Assembly: GCA_013265495.1 (NCBI GenBank)
Contig: MU057719.1
Coordinates: forward strand, 620,001-684,000
Direction of reading: 5' to 3'
DNA: 64,000 bases
Source of the DNA: Vicugna vicugna
Taxonomy: Eukaryota
Part shown: positions 47,030 through 57,489 of the stretch, piece by piece
Position numbering within the stretch: position 1 is the stretch's first letter
Layout: each line of letters starts with the position of its first letter
Position numbers and translations under genes: made by a program
The notes under the pieces: generated by a model
Told to the model about the DNA's origin: nothing
Database searches by the model: none
The model's input: the letters and a program-made list of their open reading frames with translations, nothing else

Positions 47030-49650
47030 ATCTGCTTCCAGTTTTCAACCTCAAAGAGTTCCCCGAGGGGAAGTTCCAATAAATACACACTCCTTGTCCA
47101 AAAGCACAGATCACACAAGGAAATAAGAGCCAACAAAACCCACAGGCCGCTGCACCAGATCCACAAGCAGAGTACAAAATAAGGATGCTTAAAGACAGAC
47201 TCAGAGGGACTGGAAACCTGTGTAAAGAGCAAGAAACTCTGGGGGGAGGAAACCGGGAAGGCCTGCGAGGTATGAGCTGGAACCCTCGGCAGCTGGGCTC
47301 AGCCTGGACGCACAGCGTCACGTGGGGGCCGAGGAAGAAGCGTTGTCGTGGGACGTACGCGCGGCCTGCAGAGAGGCCCGGGCCGCTGCCGCACACAGTG
47401 TGTTTGCATTCCAGAGTGACGCTGTCACCTTCACCTCTGACTCTGCGCTCTCGTAGCAGGCGCACAAGGCATGGCCTTGCCAGAGGGAGAGGTACCAGCA
47501 AGCGACTTGGGTTCCAGCTGCCCATGGGCGTTGTCTGGGGAACGCCTGCTGCCCCGGCCCTGGAAGTCTTGGGGTGCAGGGGACGTTGTAGCCCCAGACA
47601 GAATGGAGTTGGGGGTCCCGTGGAAAGCTGGCTCTCGGTGCAAGCTCTCTGTCTGAAAGAAGAGAGAAGCCCACTGGTGATGCCATTTTCAAACAGCCCT
47701 TTTCACCAAAAAAATTGTAATTACAGTGGGTGGGTCGGATGAGACGTGGTCAGAGAAGGAGTTAGTGAGCTGGAAAATAGTCCTCATGACGTCACTGATA
47801 TCGCAGAGATTAAACAAATGAAGACCGAGCAGGTGCAACGTGCATCTCCTCCAGACAGACTCCAGAAGGAGGGGAAATACAGCGTGGAGGAGGGGCAGTA
47901 TTTGAGGAACGCTGGCTAGCCATCTTCCAGAACTGATGAAGCTCACCAGTCCAGAGATTCACGGATCCGAAGAATGCCAAGGAGGGTTAAAAAAAACCAC
48001 ACACACACACGCAGTCTAGAATCGGCTCAGGGAGACTGGGGCGCTGAAGACAAAGGGAAGATCTTAAAACATCCGTGGAGAATAGAAAAGTTCGTTTTAA
48101 TAAAACAACTTTGTAATGATTTTACGGCAGCAGTGAGGCCCAGGGAACACCTAGTACTTCCTAGTTTGGATAACTGTTTGTTTTCTATCGCTGGTAACAA
48201 ATCACCATGTGTTAAAACAATACACATCTATTATCTCGCAGTTTCTCTGGGTCAGCTCAGCTGGCTCCTCCGCTCAGGGTCTCCCAAGGTCGCAGCCCAG
48301 GTGTGAGCCGGGCTACGCTCTCATCCGGAGATTTAGCCGGGGATGAGCTCACGTCCACGCTCACCTAGGCTGTTGGCAGCGTTCACTTCCTGGCAGTCGT
48401 GTGACTGAGGGCTGGCTTCCTGCCGGCGGTCGGCCGGGGGTGGCTCTCGGCGCACACCCGCCCGCAGTTCCTCGCAGTGTGGCCGCTCACTTCTTCACAG
48501 CCGGCAAGAGACTCTCTCCGTTCAGTCTGCTGGGAAGAGGTCTTCGCTAACCAAGCACGATCAGGGGAGTAGACCCATCGCCGTTGTCACAGCTCCCACC
48601 TGCACTCGAGAGGAGGGTGTGACTCATGGGGGTCACCTTGGGGGTTTTCGCCACAGTAACCGAAGTGTGCCTGCTAAAATTCCTAGGGTAACACTAGAAG
48701 ATTAGAAAAGCAATGCAACGTATAAACTTGCGGAGGAAAAAGTTGAATCCGAATATGGAGGGAGGAACGAAAAGAAAAAAGAAACGGACAGGACAGAACA
48801 AATGTGTAGCACAAATAATGTGGTGGAGGTAAACATACCAGTAATTTCAATAAGGTAAGTGGGCCGAATACAGCAACTAAAAGCGTGAAGTAATTGACAG
48901 GAAGAGCGTCAGACTAGATGCTTAAAATCAGTCTCTCCGTGTGTGTGTGTGTTCTACAAAAGATACCTCTAAACTATAAAGCATAAAAAGTTGAGAGTGA
49001 AAGGTTGAAAACTGATATTCCAAAAGGAAACTGACGCAGCTGTGTTAACTCACGTGGGACAGTTTTCAAAGCAAAGCAGAGTCAGAGCATCACTACAGGT
49101 GGAAAATTTGACTACACGGTGATGAAGTTTTCGTTTGTTGGAAAGACATCACCGCTCTAAACACGCATGCTCCGTATAACTTAGCCCCAGTGTACGCAAA
49201 GCCAAACTGACCCGAGCCCAAGGAGGGCTGGAAAGACCCGCCGCCGCACGCGGGAGGGTTCACCCGACACTCCCCGTGACTGAAAGGTCAAGCAGGCAAA
49301 AAGGACGTTCGTGAGGCCTGGGAGCAGGATGGCACAATGAGCAACCGCGCGTGCAGAATACCGCGCCCCCCCGCACACCTTGCCCCGGGCCGTCCAGCGG
49401 CCCTCAGCGCATTTCACACATTCACACTCCCTGGTCTAGCGCCTCTCTCCAAAATGAGTGACGTCAGAAGTCCATAATGGAAAATGTACAGGAAATTTCC
49501 GTATGTTTGCAAATGAAGAAACATCTAAATAATTACTGATCAAAAAATAGATTATAATGGACTTATAAAGCACCTCGAATTTATTTTTTTAAATTTAAAC
49601 TTGATAAAAATGCTCCACAGCAAAACTTGTAGGGTCATGCTGAGGCTGAA
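47030..49650 (+). mobile_element. Ancient L1 ORF1/ORF2-start relic, interrupted by LTR fragments
   Basis: ttagtgagctggaaaatag...ttccagaactgatgaag...gacaaagggaagatcttaaaa (ORF1-like) and A-rich endonuclease-region-like sequence at 48900-49350; no intact frame. Confidence 0.6.
48185..48657. mobile_element. MLT1 (MaLR) LTR inserted in the L1 relic
   Basis: ctatcgctggtaacaaatcacc...ttaaaacaatacacatctattatctcgcagtttctctgggtcag...gggggtcaccttgggg. Confidence 0.75.
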
Positions 49651-50309
49651 CTTGAACTGAAGCCGGCGCCCTTGCCGCCGCTGTGTGTGACAGCAAAGGG
49701 CTGGCGGCGGGCTCGCTTCTCACACGTCGGCATCCCTCCAGGCTGGGGCAAGCCTTGATTCCTGGAACAAAAGTTTCATGTCTCCATTAAGCATTTTCAA
49801 ATTATCTATTTAAAGTGTAATTTTTTCCAAGTAGAAAATTACAAATGTATTAAATGTGCACAAATTACAGGGTTTTAAAACTACAGCTCCGATCCCGGTG
49901 GCTTCTCACGGTGACTCCTGCCACAGCAGGGGGAGGGTGCGCCGGCGGGCCGCTCTCCCGCTGAGACTTTAACAACATTTTGGGTTAACTCAGACCCCTG
50001 TTCCTTAGTTACAAGTTGATGTATTTATTTCCCTTAACGATATATTTAGTTTAAATTTCTAGTGTCCATCAAAATGTTTATTAGAAAAGTTCTTTTATAA
50101 AAAAATTGAAGTAGAGTTGATTTAGCGGTTTAGTTTTAATCCTTTACTTTCCCTAAAAAAAGAGAACCTGTGCATTCACACAAGGTCTGCGTAGGACCTT
50201 GTTCACCTGGATCGTCCCTGGGTGACTAATTCCACGTCTGGACGTGGGTGCTGCCGGGGCCACAGCACAGATGGCTGTGCCAGACCCCCGGCCTCCGTTC
50301 CCTGCAGCT

Positions 50310-50770
50310 CCACGCCAGTGCAAGCTTTGCTTAGGGTCACAGTCCTGTCGTGAGTGAGGGGCAGCCCATAAGAAGAGGGACAGTTATTTCGTCCTCAACT
50401 AAGAGTCTGAGTAGTGACCCAGGGCTGGGACTGGTCTCACAGTGTCAGGGACCCAAGGGTTTCTGGTTTTGTGGTCCCCTGAGGTGGCCTCCTAAGCTCA
50501 CCTCATGGTCCAAGATGTGGCTCCAGCTCCAGCCCCTGAATCCACATTCCAGCCAATAGAAAGGAGAAGGGGCAGGGAAGCCGCACGGCCTCTGTCTTAA
50601 AGGACACCTTCACTCACCATCTCCCTTTGGCCATAACTTGGTCATATGGCCTCGCCTAGCTGCAAAGGAGGCTGGGAAATGTAGTCTTCATTCGGGTTCC
50701 AATCACCATAGAAGAAGGAAGAAGGCGAGACGGGTGGATGGCGGGGGAGGGGAGTAGCAGCCTTTGCCTC
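50310..50770. mobile_element. Old MLT1-like LTR
   Basis: catggtccaagatgtggctccagctccag...cacattccagcc...cctagctgcaaaggaggctgggaaatgtagtc. Confidence 0.6.
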
Positions 50771-51019
50771 AAAAACTGCATGGCTGTGAGGGGTCGGCTT
50801 GGCGCAGAGAGGCGGTCAGTCCCCCGCAGGTGTGTCCTGGTGATGGTTAACCTGATCCCCGTGAAGAACAAGGCTTCTCAATGACCCTCAGTCCATTCAC
50901 ACAAGCAGGCTATGCCTTAGTCGTTAGATTTCGGTTCATATGCGGGAAAAACAGCCACACGGGGAGAGAACAGGTTTCTACTTCCACTGCCCTGAGGACT
51001 TTTTGGTCCAACTTAGAAT

Positions 51020-51145
51020 TCAATGTTGTGTTAGTTTCTGGCGCACAGGGGTGATTCAGATCTGTGTGTGTGTGTATCTATATCCTTTTTCGTATTCTTT
51101 TCATTATAGGTTATTACAAGCTATTGAATATAGTTCCCTGCACTG
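51020..51145 (-). mobile_element. Short L1 3' tail fragment
   Basis: caatgttgtgttagtttctggcgcacag...ttttcattataggttattacaagctattgaatatagttccctg, same family as 9328-9820. Confidence 0.7.
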
Positions 51146-52119
51146 GTCCAATTAATTTTATTTCTTAGGAGACAAAAACCTCTTGCTGACACCACCTCTA
51201 AACCGATTTCTCACCAACACACCCACGAGGGTGCATTTGTCTTTCCTCCCTCATTAGTGAGTTCAGTACGTTCAGCAGAAAAGGGACAGATCGCTGTGCT
51301 CCCGGGGTCGGGTCGCACCTGGCCAGCTGACAGCCTTGGTTTGCAGGGCCCCACGCTCTGCCCTGCAGCTCCAGCGAGACGCTGTCATCGCCAACCGTGG
51401 GGAACACAGATTTCGTCACATTCAAATAGGAATGTTCTGGACAAACGTGAGACATCACGTCACAGGAAGAGTGAAGGCAAGTGACGGGAAAAGGTGCGCC
51501 GGGCAGACGCCAAAGGAAGCGAGTGTAACCCTGCGGTACCATACGGGATGCAATGGAGGCAGGAAGTGTCCTTACACGTGAAGATAGCGGTGCACTGGGA
51601 CCCTTGTTGGGGCCGGCTGGTGCCAGCTCACAGGAGCTGACGGGGGGGCCTCTTCCCACATCCGTGTTCGGTGACATCCTTGTTGGTACCTTGAAATCGG
51701 CCCCCGAGGGAGCATTTACACCACAGAAATCAGCCATCTCTGCCCACCTGGAGAGCCCACGTTAGACGTCCAGCAGCAGCCCCTAGAGAAGGAGGTTCAC
51801 TAACAGTTTGACGATAAGCTGTGACAATCCTGGAGATTAATACACCTGGCAACATAGTCTCAAAACACATAAAATAAAAACAGAATTACGGGGAGAAGCG
51901 GACCCATCCCAGACACACTGCTCACAGCAACAGCCGGAGCCGATGGTAATCAGTAACGGAGCTCCCTGCCAGGGGAAGGCCGGAAGGAGCCCGGGCTGTC
52001 GGCCCCCGTGGGGCTCCGCCTCCCTGCCTGTCTGCAGGTTCCCTCCTGGGGACGGTCTCAGTCCCCCGGCTGTGTCGCCTTCTCTGGGTCCCACTCTCCT
52101 GGGGTGTCATGCTCACCTG

Positions 52120-52138
52120 TGGCCACTAGGGGGCGATG
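52120..52138 (+). promoter_or_regulatory. CTCF motif (TGGCCACTAGGGGGCGATG)
   Basis: Near-exact match to the CTCF core on the plus strand, ~2.8 kb upstream of the candidate SARDH promoter; GC box at 52151-52160. Confidence 0.7.
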
Positions 52139-52213
52139 TTTCCTGCGAAGGCCCCGCCTCCTTGGGCTCTTGGCGCTGGCCCAGCCTGCAGGGGCTGTAG
52201 CCCCTGTGACAGT

Positions 52214-52261
52214 TGTAGCCAGAGTGACAGTTGCATCTGTAGCCAGAGTGACAGTTGCATC
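52214..52261. repeat. Perfect 24-bp tandem duplication
   Basis: tgtagccagagtgacagttgcatc x2, plus a partial copy at 52196-52213. Confidence 0.9.
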
Positions 52262-54844
52262 CCCACATTTGTTTCAATCAGAACATTGGAAACAAATGAC
52301 GGAGTAAAGTGGGAGTCTGGGGCCCCGGCCTGAAACTGCCCACACCTGCTGCGTGTATGCCCGGGTGGCTGCAGCCCCCCCAACCCCCGCCCCGGCCGTT
52401 CCCACCTGCCCTCGGTGTGCGGCTGCCGGGGGAGGGGTGCCCACCCGCCTCGGAGGGACCAGCACTTCCTCCCAGATGACGAAAGGGGGCGATTGCTCGA
52501 AGTCAATGTTGTTCTATCTTTTAAGGTTCTTTTTGGAAAGAAAATCTTGGCAGTGCAAGTGCAACCCTCAAAAGCTGTTCTGTGCTGCACACCAGAAACT
52601 GACACAGTGTTGTAAACTGACTATACTTCAATTTAAAAAAACTGTTCTGGAAACTTCCCTGGCCCATGAGCTGCCCAGGTCCGGCGCCCCTGCTGTGTTC
52701 CGCCTGCTTTCTCGTCCCTGTGATGAGCAGTGGTGGTCCCTCCCTCCCCTGAGATGACAGGACATCCTCAGCAGCTGCCGGCCCCGCCCCCAGGTGCTGC
52801 TGGCCTTGCCGCTGGGGGTGGCTGGGGCTGGGTACAGGGGCGGCTGGTCAGCGCTCGGCAGGTGGTGCTGAACTGTCAGTGTCCTGCCGGGCCACGGGCA
52901 GAGCTCCAAGGGGAGCCCCTCCCCCTGCCCGGCCCCTGCTCCACCCTGGGCCCCTGCCCAGTCGGAGGGCAGCCTGCAGACACCTCCCTCTGCCCCGGGA
53001 GCCCGGCCAGCAGGTGGGGGTGGAGGGCTGGCCGAGCCAGAAGGAGGCATCTCAGGGCTGGCCCGGGTGTGTCCAGGCCAAGCGGGCCGGGGCGAGTCCC
53101 CCACGGGCCTGCCTGGATTTGCGGGCCTGGAGTCGACTATGACTTGTTGGCACCGTTGTTTTCTACAAAGTGCACGAAAAGGTAATAACATGCAGAGAAA
53201 CTTAGAAAACTTACCTGGAACTGACAGAGCAGGGGTTGTAGGCCCTACTTCCCAAACGGGGAACACGCTTGGTGAGGGGTCACCGCCCAGACAGCGCAGC
53301 AGGATGCGGCGGGACCCTGTCTCGGCGTCCATGGCTGGAGCCCAGCCACGTCCCGGGCTGTGCCGCCCCCCACCCCGAAGCTGTGCCGAGATGGGGCAGC
53401 CCATCCCCCTCTCCCAGACCCGCGCAGGGCCAGATCGATGACAAGCCCTGCAAAGCCGACGCACAGGCAGGCCTAGCCTTGCAGCCGTCACCCCTTGTCC
53501 AGAGTCCAGGTGGACGGTGCTGCCCGCCTGCTTAGGACGATTTTGCAACAGCTGCTTGTCTGAGCCACGGCCAGGAGAGGTCCAGGCTGCCGCGGCTGCT
53601 GTCCCGGGGCTGCGGGACTGCTCTGTCCCTCGCCCGTGCACCCTATGTCCAGGGCTCCCAAGGAGGATGTGAGCGTGCTCCTTCCTAGCCCTCTCGGCCT
53701 GTCCTTCACCCTCTCCAGGGAGGGCAGCCCTGCTCCTGGCTGCCGGGCCAGGCCTGCCATCAGCTGAGCGACCAGGCTGGTGTCCTCCTGCCCTGGGCCC
53801 CCGCACCGCCCCAGGAAGCCTCATGCTGGGGAGTCAGCCTCTTCCAGGGGGGCCGGGGGAGTGAGTGACAATCTCTACCCCAATGACGGGGACTGACAAT
53901 GGCAGCAGCACATAGGCAGGCCAGAGCCCAGGTCACCTCCTCCGAGAGGCCCTCCTGGGTTCCTGCTGGAAGGAGGGGCAGCTTGCTCAGAAGCGGCCCC
54001 GTCACAGCCGGCCCATGCCACCTCACCCCTCCCGGCCTCTGTCTTCCTCCTGGGCCCTGAGCCCCTCAAGGGCAGGGGTTGGGTCGTAGTTGTCTCGGAC
54101 TCTCAGCAGTGCTCTGCTTACAGTAGGTGTTCAGTAAATGCACAGGACAGATCAACTGGCAGCGAGACAGCTGGACAGTCTCGGTGGGAATAAGAGCACA
54201 GGTGTCTGTCTGTTAACAGGAGCAGCAGTCCTGTCCCCCTCACCGCTCCCTGACCTGGCAGCCAGCGTTACCGAACTGTCAGCTGACCCCTGCTTTGCTC
54301 CAGCGGGAAGAGGAGGTCCTGTTTTACATAAGCACCCGTTCTGACTCTGCACAACCATTGGTGAACGTGCTTGTTCTTTCCAGATTTCCTCTGGGCATCC
54401 TCTGCCTGAGTGCAAACCAGACGCCCGAGACCCAGAGGCAGACTGCAGATTCTGGCCTGGTTCCCCACTAGCTTGCTGTGTGACTCGAGGCAAGCTGACT
54501 CCCCTCTCTGGGCCCTGGCCCTTCAACCGTGAGCACCCCTTCCCTGGGATGAGCAGCTGAGGCTGGACAGGCAGGCCCGTGCTAAGGCCTTGGGTCACCC
54601 CAGCAAGGAGCCCCAGGCCTGGCAATGCTTCCTGCCCACCCGGCTGTGCCAAGCTCCCGTCCGGCGTCGGGAGCAGGGCGGGCACAGACAGGGGTGCACG
54701 GCTCACCCAGTAACCCTGAAACGGCTGTTTTACAGCTGAGGACGTGAGCTCACCTGCCCCGTCACCAGGGTTAAGCGCAGCTCTGCCTGCCTCAGGATTG
54801 CCCGCTTGGCTGCCTCCTGGCCAGCCTCCAAGAGGCCCCGGGGT

Positions 54845-55036
54845 GGGCGGTGCCTCCTGCCCTGGGGTGGGCGGGACAGGGGCTGGCGGAGCGGCCAGGG
54901 GCGCGGGCGGGGGCAGCCCGGGCTCCTGCTCAGCTGCTGCCGGGAAGAAAGGAGGTGGCTGCTCCGCTGCAGCCACTGGGCCAGGCAGCGGCCGGCACTC
55001 GGGGCCGAGGGAGGCTGTGGCTGCCTGGAGGTACGC
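54845..55036 (+). promoter_or_regulatory. SARDH: Candidate SARDH TATA-less promoter and non-coding first exon
   Basis: GGGCGG boxes at 54845, 54869, 54905 in a CpG-rich patch, followed by GAG|gtacgc donor at 55031; exon 2 begins with an acceptor, so an upstream exon is required. Confidence 0.5.
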
Positions 55037-56208
55037 CCTTTGGGAGGGGCAGGGCCCGGGCCCTTTCCCAGGCCAGGGGGGTTGGGACAGGCTGGGACGT
55101 CCCTTGCCTCTGGCTGCGGTGACCCTCGGGCTGGGTGGGCATGACCATGGGATACTCTGTGGGTGGCAGGGGACCTGGGCGCCCTCCCTGCCCTCCTCCC
55201 AGTGAGCTGTGCCAGGAGCTCTCGTCCACCAACCCCTCCGGCCTACAGCCTGCGAGGAGGGCTCCTCTGGGCCCCCAGCTTAACGACTTGAGGCCCCGCC
55301 CATCTTTCTGACCCCAAACACCGCCAGGCTGAGAATGTCCAGGCTGTTGACTCGGGTGGGAGAGAGTTGGAGGGGGCAGCAGAGCAAGTTAATGTGGAAG
55401 CTGCTGCCCTGGCGGGAGGGCCCTGGGTGGCCCCTGCTGGGGCCGTGCCAGCCCCCCCCACCCCCAGCCCCAGTGGGCCTGGCCGGCGGGCAGGGAAGGA
55501 GCACATGGCGGCCCCCTGGCCACAGCACTCACGCTGGCACGGTGGGAGGGAGGGAGGAGGCTGGGCAGCCGGGGGCTGGGCAGCGCGGGCTGGGGGCAGA
55601 TGCCTGGCCTCGGAAAGCCTTCCGGACAACTCGTGATGCCGAGTTTCCACCAGCAGGACACCACTCCTGGGGCTCCTGGAAGATTAAGGAGATCCAGGGA
55701 AGAAAGGTGAGTACAGACCCTTGTGGGGTGCCCCTCCCTGAAAGGCAGGGGGGCTGTCAGAAGTGGGGCAGAGGTGACAGAGGGACCAGGGTGCCAGGGT
55801 CCAACCGCCAACCCCTCATCCCCGAAGCCTCTCAAATCACCCCTCCCTGCTCCCTCCTCTGCCCCCACCTCCTAGGAGGGGGTCACTGGCGTGCAGGGCA
55901 GGGCAGTCCTGACCAGCCTGAGAGCTGAGCCCCTCACCCACACCCCGTGGTGGCTGCAGGCTTGAGGGGGCGAGCAGTGCCCACAGGTGAGGGTGGGAAA
56001 TGGGGTGGCAGTGGTTCCCCCCAGCATCCCCTCCCCCAAACCAGGCCCTGTGATATGCCCTGTGATATCTGCAGAAGTGGGCAGGACAGCCTGCCTCCTT
56101 GGGCCTCAGTCTCCCCACTCTGTGAAATGGGGACAACAGCCATCTTCAAGTCAGAGCAAAGAACGTGGCTTGGCACGTGGTACACGCTTGGAAGTGGAAG
56201 TTGACTTT

Positions 56209-56356
56209 TTTCTTCACTTTGTTTATTTTTTGTTTGCTTTATGAGGGGGAGATAATTAGGTTTATTTATTTATATTTGGAAGAGGTGCTGGGGATTGAAC
56301 CCAGGACCTCATGCAGGCTGAGCATGCGCCCTACCACTTAAGCTACACCCTCCCCC
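56209..56356 (-). mobile_element. tRNA-derived SINE, Vic-1 (camelid) type
   Basis: Minus strand GGGGAGGGTGTAGCTTAAGTGGTAG (A box)...GGTTCAATCCCCAGCAC (B box), A-rich tail; 13-bp flanking repeats ggaagttgacttt 56196-56208 and ggaagctggcttt 56358-56370. Confidence 0.8.
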
Positions 56357-57158
56357 AGGAAGCTGGCTTTCTTAATTGGCTAATTGATACCAGTCTCGGC
56401 TTGACCCCCTCAGGACCTCGACCACAGCTGAACCCCTCTTACTTGTCCTGCTGATCCCACAGATGAGTCCAGGAGCCCCTCTGAGGCTTCCCCTCCTCCC
56501 CATGCTCCCCCTGCCCCCAGGGAGACAGCTCTCCCGCACCTTGTCTCCTTGAAAGTGGGTTCCCTGTCACCTTCTCTAACAACTTTGAGGCTTTCTGGCT
56601 GGGGAGGTCTGGGAGGTCCCTGAGGAGGAGGGAGGCTGGTTACCCGTCCTCTGAGCCCCTACTTGGATTCCTAGACGGCCTGAGGGAGCCGGGAGGCCTG
56701 GACCCCACAGCCTTGCTCACCTTCTGCCTTGGGTTCCAAAGGGCTGAGAGGCCAACGAGGCAGAAGTAACTTTTGTCTGTTGTAGAGACGGGACTTCCTT
56801 TGGATGGCGTGTTGGATACAGGCTGGAGGGTTGGGTGTCCCTGCCTGCCTCACAGCTCCCCACCACCCACCCTGCGGCCCTGCCCCACCACGCACACCAC
56901 CCCACCTTCTGTCCCCACCGTGGTCTCCCCGGGCCCAGCCGGAGCCTGGTGTGTACGAGGCCCTCAGTACACGTGGGCTGGACAAACACACATGTGCACA
57001 CACGCTGTGGGTGGGCGGCGGGAGGGAGGTCGGAGTGTGACAACACGGGGACACGGTGCCCTGGGCTCTCTCTCGGCGCTGCACCCGCGGCGCCCCTCTG
57101 CACCCCAGCCAGCGCTGACTCTCTCCCCAGCTCCCTGCGGTGCTGGAGTCGAGTCCTC

Positions 57159-57489
57159 ATGGCCTCGCTGAGCCGAGCCCTGCGTGTGGCTGCCACATGT
57201 CTGCGCCGGAGCCCTGCCCAGGGCCCGGGGCCGCGACCCCTGGCCAGTGGGGCGGGCCCTACCACCGAGAAGAGCGTACCGTGCCAGCGGACCCTGAAAG
57301 AGTCTCAGGACCCCTCGGCGGCGGCCCGAGGCCCGAGCAGGCCCCTGCCCAGCACAGCCAGCGTGGTGGTCATCGGCGGGGGCAGCCTGGGCTGCCAGAC
57401 CCTGTACCACCTGGCCAAGCTGGGCGTGAGCGGGGCGGTGCTGCTGGAGCGGCAGCGGCTGACCTCCGGGACCACCTGGCACACAGCGG
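57159..57489 (+). CDS. SARDH: SARDH exon 2 coding part ([17 protein letters not shown]...[10 protein letters not shown]); exon starts at 57131
   Basis: ctctccccag acceptor ending 57130; ATG 57159; G|gtaggg donor. Confidence 0.96.

Noticed and set aside
52628-53824. 398-aa minus-strand ORF, and other long ORFs such as 14250-15269, 46590-47525, 28240-29133 and 23827-24705
   Set aside because: Pro/Gly/Arg/Ala-rich with no recognisable domain. Long stop-free frames are expected at this GC content, and several merely overlap real exons or repeats.
56270-56356. tRNA-like sequence
   Set aside because: Has an A-rich tail and target-site duplication and lacks a proper acceptor stem/CCA context, so it is a SINE rather than a tRNA gene.
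37095-57158. VAV2-SARDH read-through fusion protein
   Set aside because: The exon 29 donor (phase 0) to SARDH exon 2 (28 nt before ATG) is out of frame. Only phase-2 donors would fit, and there is no evidence for such splicing.
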